DNA of 64,000 nucleotides from Bacillota bacterium (GTDB taxonomy: Bacteria > Bacillota > Clostridia > Christensenellales > CAG-138), in NCBI GenBank assembly GCA_023390655.1, contig JAEWCL010000020.1, positions 3,275-67,274 of the forward strand. Direction: 5' to 3'. Below the pieces are notes generated by a model. That model saw only the letters and a list, made by a program, of their open reading frames with translations, ran no database searches and had not been told where the DNA came from. A program made the position numbers and the translations under genes. Shown in pieces: positions 52,780 to 61,735 of the stretch (position 1 is the stretch's first letter; the number at the start of each line of letters is the position of its first letter).

Positions 52780-55524
52780 ATGTTCCTCTATGTGCCCCAA
52801 AAAAGAACACTGGCTTTGTTTCTCGCGATTTTGATGGTGACGTTGGCTTTTCCAGCTGTAGCATTAGCGGCAGGAGGGCCTGGCCAAGATTGGTATTACT
52901 CCCCAGGCAGTGCGGACGGATCTGCCGATCATCCTTATATCATCAGCGGTGCAGATGATCTTGCAGGCCTTGCCGGACTTGTAAATGGCGGTAACAGCTT
53001 TGAAGGAAAGCATATCACAATTGCTACCGCGACAAGCATTGATATGGCGGCCTACCCCAATTGGACGCCGATCGGAACCTTGACGGCGCCTTTTAAGGGT
53101 AGACTTGATGGCAACGGCGTAACGCTTCTAAATCTGACAATTAGTGATACGCGTGCGTTTTCTTCCGTACAGAGTTTTGGCGTCGGACTTTTTGGCCTGA
53201 TTGGCCCAGGTGGCAGCGTAAAGAATCTCTCGCTCTCTTCGGCAAGTATCCGCGCAAATTACTCTCTTGCGTTTAGCGGAGATTTAAACAGCTTTATCGG
53301 CGGCATTGCAGGTATGAACGAAGGCATAATTTCCAATTGCAATGTGTCGGGCGAGTTTGATATTACAGGCGTCGTTGTCAAAGCGGGAGGCATTGCAGGC
53401 AGTAATGGCAGTGATTCCGGTTCCTTTGCCAATACGGCCGGAACCATTACAGACTGCAATACGGATTGTAATATTAGCGTAGTATGCAGCTATCAGTTGC
53501 TGCATGCTGGTGGAATTGCAGGGAGTTCTACAAGGGGAACCGGCTCAATTTCAGGATGCAGCAGCGAAGGTGCGATTACTGTGGGCGGGGTACTCGCTCC
53601 AGACAGCACTTATAAATGCTCGCCGAACGTGGGCGGATTAATTGGATATGCGGATAAAGTCAATGTATCCAACTGCGAGAGTTCTGTTGCGGTGACGGTG
53701 ACCGGAGGGGTAAGGAGTAGCTATTCCGGAGGCCTGATTGGGTTTGCGCTTAACAGTATCATCGACAGCTGCAGCAGCACAGGAGATGTGGCAGCTTATG
53801 GGGATTCCAGTTTCAGTTATGATGATACAGCGGCAGGCGGCCTGATTGGCCGGTTGTCCTATGCAAGCGCTGCGACGAAGGTTCAAAACTCCTTCAGTAC
53901 AGGGGATGCGCAGGCAACCGTGAAATCCATTGGAAAGGTCGGTTATTCTTTAGCCGGCGGCTTTGTCGGCTATGTGAAATATTTTGGGCCGGATAAGGCG
54001 GAAATCGTTTCCTGCTATGCAACGGGCAGTGCAAATGCAGCAGCGCTGGACAACGGGTATGCGTTTGCGGGTGGATTTGCGGGTTATCTGTACACGGGCT
54101 TGATTGATAAATGCTTTAGTGCTGGTGACGTGCAGGCAAACGCTGCATTGGGTGGTTACGCTTCTGCTGGTGGCTTGGCAGGGTATGCCAGTTCTTATGG
54201 TGTGACAACAGCTTCCATATCAAATGCATACTGCGTGGGAAACGCCTTGGCAAATTGTGAGACGAAAGAGCGCGCCGGCGGATTTGTGGGAGCCGTAGGG
54301 GCAACGAGTGAGTTTACGGACTGCTATAGCGCAGGCGAGCCGCAAATCACCCACAGCGGCGCAACCTTTGCAGTGGGTGGGCTTATTGGCGCGGCTGCGG
54401 GCACTTATACATTCACCGATTTATATTATGACAATACCGTAAATCCCTCCATACCTGCTATGGGAGTGGGCAGCGGGACAGTAGCCGCGCTTTCTACCGA
54501 CAGCATGGTGGCGGACGATACGCTCACCTTAGGGATGAGCGGCCTTACTGCAAGCGGCGCATGGACAAAGAGGCCCAATATTGGTACGGAAAGCTATTAT
54601 CCGGAATTGACGATATTTGCAGGTGCAGGCGGCGTGAAAGGGATGGCCTCCAGGAACAGCGTAACGATAGCAGCGGCAACCTATACACTTATGGTGATAA
54701 ACGGGAACGGCAGTGGAAATTATGCAGCAGGGCAAGCAGTACCCATATCGGCGGATGCTCCTGCTTCCGGCCAACAGTTTTATAGGTGGACAAGCAGTAC
54801 GGGCGGTTCCTTTGCGAATGAGACAAGCGCCACCACCGTGTTTACCATGCCTGCAAACGCTGTAACGGTGTCGGCGACCTATCAGCCGGTCTCGCAAGCA
54901 GGTTCGGATAGTGGCGATACCGGAAGTGCGCCGGTAAAGACGATCACGGTGGTGGAAGCTCCCAGGGGGATTGATAATCCCAGGCAGATTACCGTTACGC
55001 CTGTTGGCGACGCATTTGATCAATCCATTGAGGTGCGGTTAAAAGATGATACTATGGCGGAGAGCCAAATACGTGCGGCATTGGAACAGAGTGCCCTTAA
55101 ACATGATATGAAGGAAGCGCTGGTGTATCCGCTTGATATCAGCATGTACATTAAGGGAACCAATACCAAAGTTCAACCCAAGGAAGGCAGCTCAGTTGAG
55201 ATTACCTGCCCAATCCCCAAAGAATTGCTGGCGCAAAAGGAAAAACTGGTTGTGGTGTGCCTGATTGACGGAAAACTTACGGTGCTTCAGACGAGGGTTG
55301 TTTCAAAGGGCGGTGGATATTATGTGCAGTTCACTGCAAGCCATTTTTCCCCATATGCGTTTGTGGTGGATGAAAACGGCAAGTTGGGCGGCCTTGCCAA
55401 CGTTACCCCTATTGATCCTCTGGGCATCCCCAAGACTGGCGGTGTGGGATTGGAGTATGTAGGCGCAGGGCTTATATTTGCTGCAATGGGCCTGCGGAGA
55501 ATTCTTGGAAAAAAGAAACAGTAA
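52780..55524 (+). CDS. Cell-wall-anchored GLUG-motif repeat protein (914 aa) with an IPKTG sorting signal
   Basis: Signal peptide ending VALAA. More than 7 GLUG-type repeats (GGIAG, GGLIGYA, GGLIGFA, GGFVGYV, GGFAGYL, GGLAGYA, GGLIGAA). Bacterial repeat YTLMVINGNGSG...FYRWTSS. C-terminal LGIPKTGG plus hydrophobic helix plus RRILGKKKQ. Confidence 0.85.
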   Translation: MFLYVPQKRTLALFLAILMVTLAFPAVALAAGGPGQDWYYSPGSADGSADHPYIISGADDLAGLAGLVNGGNSFEGKHITIATATSIDMAAYPNWTPIGTLTAPFKGRLDGNGVTLLNLTISDTRAFSSVQSFGVGLFGLIGPGGSVKNLSLSSASIRANYSLAFSGDLNSFIGGIAGMNEGIISNCNVSGEFDITGVVVKAGGIAGSNGSDSGSFANTAGTITDCNTDCNISVVCSYQLLHAGGIAGSSTRGTGSISGCSSEGAITVGGVLAPDSTYKCSPNVGGLIGYADKVNVSNCESSVAVTVTGGVRSSYSGGLIGFALNSIIDSCSSTGDVAAYGDSSFSYDDTAAGGLIGRLSYASAATKVQNSFSTGDAQATVKSIGKVGYSLAGGFVGYVKYFGPDKAEIVSCYATGSANAAALDNGYAFAGGFAGYLYTGLIDKCFSAGDVQANAALGGYASAGGLAGYASSYGVTTASISNAYCVGNALANCETKERAGGFVGAVGATSEFTDCYSAGEPQITHSGATFAVGGLIGAAAGTYTFTDLYYDNTVNPSIPAMGVGSGTVAALSTDSMVADDTLTLGMSGLTASGAWTKRPNIGTESYYPELTIFAGAGGVKGMASRNSVTIAAATYTLMVINGNGSGNYAAGQAVPISADAPASGQQFYRWTSSTGGSFANETSATTVFTMPANAVTVSATYQPVSQAGSDSGDTGSAPVKTITVVEAPRGIDNPRQITVTPVGDAFDQSIEVRLKDDTMAESQIRAALEQSALKHDMKEALVYPLDISMYIKGTNTKVQPKEGSSVEITCPIPKELLAQKEKLVVVCLIDGKLTVLQTRVVSKGGGYYVQFTASHFSPYAFVVDENGKLGGLANVTPIDPLGIPKTGGVGLEYVGAGLIFAAMGLRRILGKKKQ

Positions 55525-55540
55525 ACGATAAAACCATGAC

Positions 55541-55575
55541 AGAAAGGCCGGGATTTTCCCGGCCTTTCTGCTTGA
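55541..55575 (+). terminator. Terminator after the GLUG protein gene
   Basis: 12-bp stem AGAAAGGCCGGG / CCCGGCCTTTCT with loop ATTTT. Confidence 0.75.
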
Positions 55576-55631
55576 TTCGATAAAATGCAATACGGTAAAG
55601 ACGAAATTCACGAACAATTTATATTCGCCTT

Positions 55632-55667
55632 TTTTCGTCAATGTTATAACAATAACATTGACGAAAA
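55632..55667. promoter_or_regulatory. Perfect 16-bp-arm palindrome (candidate operator) overlapping the -35 element of the FMN-lipoprotein promoter
   Basis: TTTTCGTCAATGTTAT-AACA-ATAACATTGACGAAAA. Confidence 0.6.
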
Positions 55668-55686
55668 CCTAGCATTATGCTATGAT
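55658..55686 (+). promoter_or_regulatory. Sigma-A promoter of the FMN-binding lipoprotein gene
   Basis: TTGACG (55658-55663, inside the right palindrome arm), 17-bp spacer, TATGAT (55681-55686). Confidence 0.6.
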
Positions 55687-55798
55687 ACGTACGTTAATAA
55701 ATTGACACATTTCCGCCATGTTTGATTGTCCGTTTGCCCATATTTTCGGTTTGTTGCGCGATAGCGCTGCAAATATATTTATTTTTGGAGGTAACTCA

Positions 55799-57511
55799 AT
55801 GCGTAAACTGATTGCCCTGACGCTGATTGCCCTGATGCTGATTGGCACCGCTGCATGCAGCGCCCCGGCACAGACCCCGGCCGAAACGCCTGCCGCCCAA
55901 ACGAAGACGCTTACCGGCACCGGTAAAGGTTTTGGCGGTGAAGTCACCGTTACCGTCACCATGGATGGCGACAAAATCGTGGATGTGAAGGCTGCCGGCG
56001 ACAAGGAAACCAAGAACATCGGCACAAAAGCCATTGACGAGCTTCCCGCCAAGATCGTGGAAGCCGGCTCCACAACTGTGGATATCATTTCCGGCGCGAC
56101 CGTGACCAGCGAAGCGATTATTTATGCGGTAAACAACGCCCTGGACCCTGCCGCCTATCCCGCTCCCGTGGCGGAAGCGCCCGTTGAAGAAGGCCCGGCA
56201 TCCATCGCGGCTGCGGAAGTCTACATGGGCTTTGGCCTCAACAACACGCCGCGCGTCGGCCCCGGCAAGGATGATACGGGAGTATCCGTGTACAGCATCA
56301 ACCAGGTGTTTGCCAACGTCCTCTTCGACGGTGAAGGCAAAATCCTGAACTTGTTCGTCGACCAGCTCGAATACGCCACTCCCAACTATGACGGCGAAAG
56401 CATGCCGCACTTTAGCGGGTTCCCCGGCCAGGGCGGCTACAACAATGACGCCAACCATGATGAAAAGGTGGACGGCAAGACCCCGGACACCGAAGAAAAC
56501 TATGTTGCGGAAGTCAACTCCTGGGCCACCAAGCGTGACCGCGGCGAAGGCTACGTGATGGGTACTGGCACCTGGAGCAAGCAGATGGACGCCTATCAGA
56601 AGCTGTTCGTCGGCAAGACCGTGGAAGAAGTGGAAGCATGGTTCAATAAATTCTGTTCCGACCTCAACGGCAGGCCGTTAAAGGCGGAGTCCGACAAGCC
56701 GGAAGACCAATCTAAGTACGGCGCGCTCACCGAAGATGAGAAGAAGGAACTTGCGGATGTTGTTTCTAGCGCTACCATGAGCCTGAACGACAGCCACGGC
56801 AATATCCTTGCCGCCATCAAGGAAGCTTATGAAAACAGGGTTCCCCTTGCAATCACCTCTGCGGCCGCTGTCGGCTTCGGCCTCAATAACACGCCGCGCA
56901 TCGGGCCTGGCAAGGATGATCAGGAAGTGCCTGTCTACAGCATCAACCAGGTGTTTGCAAATACCCTCTTTGATACGGACGGCAAGATTCTCGCGATCTA
57001 TATCGACCAGCTCGAATATGCGACCCCGAACTATGACGGCGAGAGCATGCCGCACTTTAGCGGTTTTCCCGGCCAGGGCGGCTACAACAATGACGCCGAC
57101 CATGATGAAAAGGTGGACGGCAAGACCCCGGACACCGAAGAAAACTATATTGCGGAAGTCAACTCCTGGGTCACCAAGCGTGACCGCGGCGAAGGCTACG
57201 TGATGGGTACCGGTACCTGGAGCAAGCAGATGGACGCGTTCGAGAAGCTGTTTGTCGGCAAGACCGTGGAAGAAGTGGAAGCCTGGTTCGCGAAATACTG
57301 CTCCGACCTCAACGGCAGGCCCTTAAAGGCCGACTCCGATAAGCCGGAGGACCAATCTAAGTACGGCGCGCTGACCGAAGGCGAGAAGAAGGAACTTGCG
57401 GATGTCGTTTCCAGCGCTACCATGAGCCTGAACGACAGCCACGGCAACATCCTTGCCGCCATTAAGGCTTCCTTTGACAAGCGCCAGCAGATTGAACTTT
57501 CCGTTGGCTAA
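55799..57511 (+). CDS. Extracytoplasmic FMN-binding-domain lipoprotein with two tandem 215-aa modules of unknown function
   Basis: Lipobox LIGTAACS. FMN_bind domain GKGFGGEVTVTVTMDGDKIVDV...VDIISGATVTSEAI (flavinylation-type motif). Followed by two roughly 88%-identical (by eye) modules. Start at ATG 55799, behind GGAGGT. Confidence 0.82.
   Translation: MRKLIALTLIALMLIGTAACSAPAQTPAETPAAQTKTLTGTGKGFGGEVTVTVTMDGDKIVDVKAAGDKETKNIGTKAIDELPAKIVEAGSTTVDIISGATVTSEAIIYAVNNALDPAAYPAPVAEAPVEEGPASIAAAEVYMGFGLNNTPRVGPGKDDTGVSVYSINQVFANVLFDGEGKILNLFVDQLEYATPNYDGESMPHFSGFPGQGGYNNDANHDEKVDGKTPDTEENYVAEVNSWATKRDRGEGYVMGTGTWSKQMDAYQKLFVGKTVEEVEAWFNKFCSDLNGRPLKAESDKPEDQSKYGALTEDEKKELADVVSSATMSLNDSHGNILAAIKEAYENRVPLAITSAAAVGFGLNNTPRIGPGKDDQEVPVYSINQVFANTLFDTDGKILAIYIDQLEYATPNYDGESMPHFSGFPGQGGYNNDADHDEKVDGKTPDTEENYIAEVNSWVTKRDRGEGYVMGTGTWSKQMDAFEKLFVGKTVEEVEAWFAKYCSDLNGRPLKADSDKPEDQSKYGALTEGEKKELADVVSSATMSLNDSHGNILAAIKASFDKRQQIELSVG
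56228..57467 (+). repeat. Internal tandem duplication, two units of 645 nt (215 codons), inside the FMN-lipoprotein gene
   Basis: GGCTTTGGCCTCAACAACACGCCGCGC at 56228 matches GGCTTCGGCCTCAATAACACGCCGCGC at 56873. The similarity continues to GCCGCCATCAAG and GCCGCCATTAAG respectively. Confidence 0.9.
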
Positions 57512-57528
57512 GACTGTATCGTGGTATA

Positions 57529-57562
57529 GGAGGGTGGGGCTTTGGCTCCGCCCTCTTTTTCG
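57529..57562 (+). terminator. Terminator after the FMN-lipoprotein gene
   Basis: Stem GGAGGGTGGGGC / GCTCCGCCCTCT (three G-U pairs) with loop TTTG, followed by TTTTTCGTTT. Confidence 0.7.
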
Positions 57563-57679
57563 TTTCCTGACGTCTTGCGCGGTTTTCTCGGGCTGGTGTA
57601 CAATGGATGGCGGTAAGCCCATGTACCGTATAAAAGAGGGCGGCATATCCTTGCGGTATGCCTGCGGACAAGGAATGAA

Positions 57680-58387
57680 ATGACCATGAACATGCCGTTG
57701 GCACTAACGTATTTGAATGAGGACGCTTTGCTGCATATCGATATGCTTGAGGCGGTCCGGCGGGAAAAGGGTGAGCTCCTGTTTGCTGCAAAGGAGGGGG
57801 TGCTGCTCCGGCATGCGGCGGCGGATGCCTATATGATGAGCGCAAAGGATGAATATACAGCGCGCAGCATGCTCAACCTGATCCCCCGCGCGGACCTGTT
57901 TGTGGCGCACCAGACGTTCACCATTCCGCTGGTTGAAGAAGCACTTCACCTGCACGCCTCCCTTGCATGCGTGCAGGCGGTATACCTTGGGCGGGAACCC
58001 GTTGCGGTACAACGGCAGCACCTTGCAATAGAGATGCTCGATCATACGCATCTTCCGTTTGTGGCGCAGTGGTACTCCCATCAGCTGGACCCGGAATATC
58101 TGCTCGAACAGATCAATGCGGGCGTGATGTACGGCGCTTATGTGGAAGGGGCGCTTGCGGGCTTTATCGGCGAGCATGCGGAAGGATCCATCGGCATGCT
58201 CGAAGTGCTGCCGCAGTTTCAGAGGTGCGGGATCGGGGAAGCGCTCGAAGCGTTTCAGACAAACAGGCATTTGGCAGAAGGCTATGTGCCGTTCGGGCAG
58301 GTTGTGGAAGGGAATACGGCTTCCCTGAAGCTGCAGGAAAAGCTTGGCTACACCCTTTCAGAGGGACGTATTTACTGGATGAAATAA
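57680..58387 (+). CDS. GNAT-family acetyltransferase (two-domain, FR47-like C-terminus)
   Basis: C-terminal GMLEVLPQFQRCGIGEALEAF ... VVEGNTASLKLQEKLGY. The start is ambiguous among ATG 57680, 57686 and 57692. Confidence 0.7.
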   Translation: MTMNMPLALTYLNEDALLHIDMLEAVRREKGELLFAAKEGVLLRHAAADAYMMSAKDEYTARSMLNLIPRADLFVAHQTFTIPLVEEALHLHASLACVQAVYLGREPVAVQRQHLAIEMLDHTHLPFVAQWYSHQLDPEYLLEQINAGVMYGAYVEGALAGFIGEHAEGSIGMLEVLPQFQRCGIGEALEAFQTNRHLAEGYVPFGQVVEGNTASLKLQEKLGYTLSEGRIYWMK

Positions 58388-58666
58388 ACAGCAAAGAGAA
58401 GCCTTATTCAGGGCAGTTCAGACCATCAACAAACCCAACCTATATGAGCAAGAAATGCATGCAGCTTGAGGCTTTCAGTCCGTCATTTTGTGGCGACATG
58501 CGCGGCACAAAATGACATCTTAAAGGGCTTTTTGCATTGACAGTTCTTGCAGTCTGCAAGAACCGAGCGACAAAAATGCCCGGTGATCTCAGCAAAGTGT
58601 CCGAGGGACACTTTGTTGATGACTAGAGCCGCCCAGATAGGGCGGCTCTTATGTATATGGCATTGA

Positions 58667-59053
58667 TCAGATGCTGCAACAGGTATTGCGGGTAGAGATA
58701 TAGGGCGCATAGCCAAAGAGCAAAAAATCCACATATGCGTTGCCCGTGCCGGAAGCGGCCTCCGCAAGTACCTTGAGTGATACGCCGGGAACGTCATACG
58801 CCAAAGAGTAATTTCCGCCCGGCAGCAGGGTAAACTGATCCAAGTAGGAGACGCGTTCGTCGCCTGCCATCACCAGCAGCCGCAGCGTTACGGAGACATC
58901 GGAGGAATTGCGGCTGTCGCACGCCATGCGGACGGAGGGGTAAGCCGAGACACACACGCCCCTGGGGAAGCGTTCGGTCAAATCGACAATGGTTCCGGCG
59001 GGAATCGTCACGGAGCCCGGCGGGGTTCTAAAAATCAATCTTGTTCCTTGCAT
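58667..59053 (-). CDS. Hypothetical protein (128 aa), predicted beta-rich, no recognisable family
   Basis: RBS GGAAGGA lies 10 nt upstream of the ATG. No signal peptide. C-terminus ...STRNTCCSI. Confidence 0.45.
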   Translation of the reverse strand: MQGTRLIFRTPPGSVTIPAGTIVDLTERFPRGVCVSAYPSVRMACDSRNSSDVSVTLRLLVMAGDERVSYLDQFTLLPGGNYSLAYDVPGVSLKVLAEAASGTGNAYVDFLLFGYAPYISTRNTCCSI

Positions 59054-59128
59054 ATATACGAGATCCTTCCATATGGGTTTTGGTATATACTATGCGTCAT
59101 ACAAGGAACCGGTGAATGTCATGTACGC

Positions 59129-60745
59129 TTAACGTATGGCGGATAACACGGTGCCCGCGCCTGCAAAACGGGCGTGGTTCGTTTTACCGTTTATAAGCAC
59201 ATGCCTGCCATTGACGAATACATGCGCGATGCCTTCCGGCTGTTGGGGAAGATCGCCCTTTGCGGCGATGCGGTCAAAATCAAACACCGTTACGTCCGCC
59301 GCAAGCCCTTCCCTTAAATAACCGCGGTCTGTTATGCCAAAGCGGTCCGCTGTGGCGCCCGTCATTTTGCGGATGGTCTGTTCCACGGTAAGGCCGCTTG
59401 TTCCTTCTTTGGCCCACTGCAGGAATTTCACAAAAGAAGAGTAGGCCGCGGCATTCTGTACGCCCTTTTCCTCGATCCATGCGTCCGTCATAAACAGCGA
59501 GGGTTCATGCTGCATCAGCCGGTAAATGATAGGCGTGCTGTAGTAGCGGTACATGTTTACGCGGCCTTTTCCGTTGCTCATATCCACAAGGCGCAGGTAG
59601 GCCTCCAATTCCGGGACATTCCAGAGCTTTGCGATTTCGGTTACGCGTTTGCCGCAGAGCGCCTCGTGGCCTTCCCCCAGCCAGGCGATCTGCATATCCG
59701 AAAAGCCAAAGCCCAGTATGCGCGTGGTGAGGCCGATCTCAAACGCCAGGCGTGCGCGGACGGATGGCGCGCGCTTCCTGCTTTCCGGCAGGGAAAGGTA
59801 CCAGCTTGGAAGCACCACCGTGATGACGGAAACGCCAAACGTCATAGCATAGAGGTCGTATTGCACATCCACGCCGTCCGTACGCGCGCGGTCAATGAGC
59901 GCAAGGCTTTCGTCTACCGTTTTCCAAGAGGATTGGCCCACGAAGATCAGATGGGAATATTGCAGCTTTACGCCGGTTTCCCGCGCAAGCAGCAGCATTT
60001 CATCGAGCGCTCTGAGGTTATGCGCCCTGCCGCCAAACGGCGGGCTGTAAGAGGTGGAGGCGGCGGAGCATGCCCGGGCGTGCACTGTTAAAATCTTATT
60101 GTGTTTGGCGGTGAGGCGTGCGCCGGAAGAAAGCTCATCTATAGAGGCGTACCGGTCCGGCTCATACATCAGCCCGTAGGAAAGGCCGAATGCGCCCTGC
60201 TCCATCGATTCCTCCAGCTTATCGTCGCGCAGCTTCAGCTCCTCCGGCGTAAGGGGGCGGCTTTCATACCCGCTCAGGCCGATGCGGACGGAGCCGTGCC
60301 CCTGTAACGGAACAAGGTTGAGCGGCGTGCGCTTTTGTGCCTCCTCCCGCCAGCCGGAAAACGTATGGAAGGAAGCGTCCGGCGCATCGCCCACCTCAAA
60401 GAGGCCGCTGCCCAAAAGGGAGCGATGCGGCGTACCTTCCCGATATCCAAAAGGAGAGAACCCGCAGTTCCCGGTCACCTGTGTGGTGATACCCTGCTCC
60501 ACAAACGGTACAAAATAGGGGATAGGATTATAACGCGCGGCGTACCAGTCGTTATGGGAATGGGCATCGATGAATCCGGGCGCGATGGTAAGGCCGGTAC
60601 AATCGATTACGGTTCCGTCAAAACCTTCAGGCGCCTGGCCCGGCAGCACGGAGAGGATCGTCTCTCCTTCCAGCACAAGGCTTCCGGGATATGCGGCTTT
60701 TAAGCTGCCGTCAACGATGGTTCCGTTTTTAAGCAATGTCTGCAT
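59129..60745 (-). CDS. N-acyl-D-amino-acid deacylase (D-aminoacylase) family amidohydrolase
   Basis: LLKNGTIVDGS...VIDCTGLTIAPGFIDAHSHNDW metal-binding HxH context. 538 aa. RBS GGGGGAA. Confidence 0.8.
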   Translation of the reverse strand: MQTLLKNGTIVDGSLKAAYPGSLVLEGETILSVLPGQAPEGFDGTVIDCTGLTIAPGFIDAHSHNDWYAARYNPIPYFVPFVEQGITTQVTGNCGFSPFGYREGTPHRSLLGSGLFEVGDAPDASFHTFSGWREEAQKRTPLNLVPLQGHGSVRIGLSGYESRPLTPEELKLRDDKLEESMEQGAFGLSYGLMYEPDRYASIDELSSGARLTAKHNKILTVHARACSAASTSYSPPFGGRAHNLRALDEMLLLARETGVKLQYSHLIFVGQSSWKTVDESLALIDRARTDGVDVQYDLYAMTFGVSVITVVLPSWYLSLPESRKRAPSVRARLAFEIGLTTRILGFGFSDMQIAWLGEGHEALCGKRVTEIAKLWNVPELEAYLRLVDMSNGKGRVNMYRYYSTPIIYRLMQHEPSLFMTDAWIEEKGVQNAAAYSSFVKFLQWAKEGTSGLTVEQTIRKMTGATADRFGITDRGYLREGLAADVTVFDFDRIAAKGDLPQQPEGIAHVFVNGRHVLINGKTNHARFAGAGTVLSAIR

Positions 60746-60881
60746 ATGCGTTCCCCCATTCGGTTTTCTTTACTTGGAACCGGTTTGTTCGATAAGATGG
60801 ATGTATACTTGGAACGGCTTTTATTACAACCCATTTTATCACAGGATGTACACGCAACAAACAAGGGAACGCGTGGGATAC

Positions 60882-60917
60882 AAAAAAAGCAGGCCTGCGG
60901 GCTATGCCGCAGGCTGC
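60882..60917 (-). terminator. Terminator after the sortase gene
   Basis: Minus strand: GCAGCCTGCGGC-ATAGC-CCGCAGGCCTGC followed by TTTTTTT. Confidence 0.8.
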
Positions 60918-61002
60918 ACTTATAATATCAAACTTATTTCTTACGCAGGAATCAGTAATGATATATATGCACAACGTCAAGGCCTGTATAAAGTATCACA
61001 GG

Positions 61003-61668
61003 CTACGCGTTGTCCGCCAACTCGCAGATGACGACAACACGGGATTTGGAGTAGCCGGTAAAATCGTAGTCGCCAAGGCAGGTAATCAGCGTCATCCGCG
61101 GATCGCCTTCATTTGTCACCTGCATCACATCATCCGGAAACTCCGTGGCAAGATAGGTATTGATATCCGTTACCTTGAAATGACTGAATACACCATCGGC
61201 ATGCTCAATAATCACTTCGTCGCCCAGTTCAAGCTTTTTAAGAACGGAAAAAATGCCTTTGACGCCCCTGAACGAATCATGACCGTCAAGTATGGCATTG
61301 CCCGGCTCACCGGGAACAACGCTGAATTTGAGCCAACCGCCAATACCGGGATCATCGGGCGCTTCCATGACGTTATTCTTGTCGATGCCAACCGGCACAA
61401 TATCTGTGGAAATTTTCTGACTCGAAAAATAGATTTTTACCGGCACATCCAGCGGAGCCTTGGGCGTAGGCGTAGGTTCCGGCGTGTGCAGGGAGGATAC
61501 GGTACTCGCGGGCTGCGGAGGAGTTAAAATCGGGGCTGCTGTTATTTGCGGGGGTTCGACATACGTTTTGGGAAACAATATGGTGCTGCGGATTACCAGA
61601 TAGACGCCCCAGGCAAATACCAGTGCAATGACGGCATATATCAGCGTTCGCACATACTTGTTTTTCAC
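61003..61668 (-). CDS. Sortase-family transpeptidase, class F-like, with N-terminal TM anchor
   Basis: TM LIYAVIALVFAWGVYLVI. Pro/Thr linker. GWLKFSVVPGEPGNAILDGHDS (catalytic His), TLITCLG (catalytic Cys) and SRVVV (Arg). GTG start behind GGAGG. Confidence 0.75.
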   Translation of the reverse strand: MKNKYVRTLIYAVIALVFAWGVYLVIRSTILFPKTYVEPPQITAAPILTPPQPASTVSSLHTPEPTPTPKAPLDVPVKIYFSSQKISTDIVPVGIDKNNVMEAPDDPGIGGWLKFSVVPGEPGNAILDGHDSFRGVKGIFSVLKKLELGDEVIIEHADGVFSHFKVTDINTYLATEFPDDVMQVTNEGDPRMTLITCLGDYDFTGYSKSRVVVICELADNA

Positions 61669-61735
61669 AAATTGCCTCCGGATTCATTCATACAGCCTTT
61701 ATTGTACCGCCCATAGTATTGGCTTGCAAGATGCT

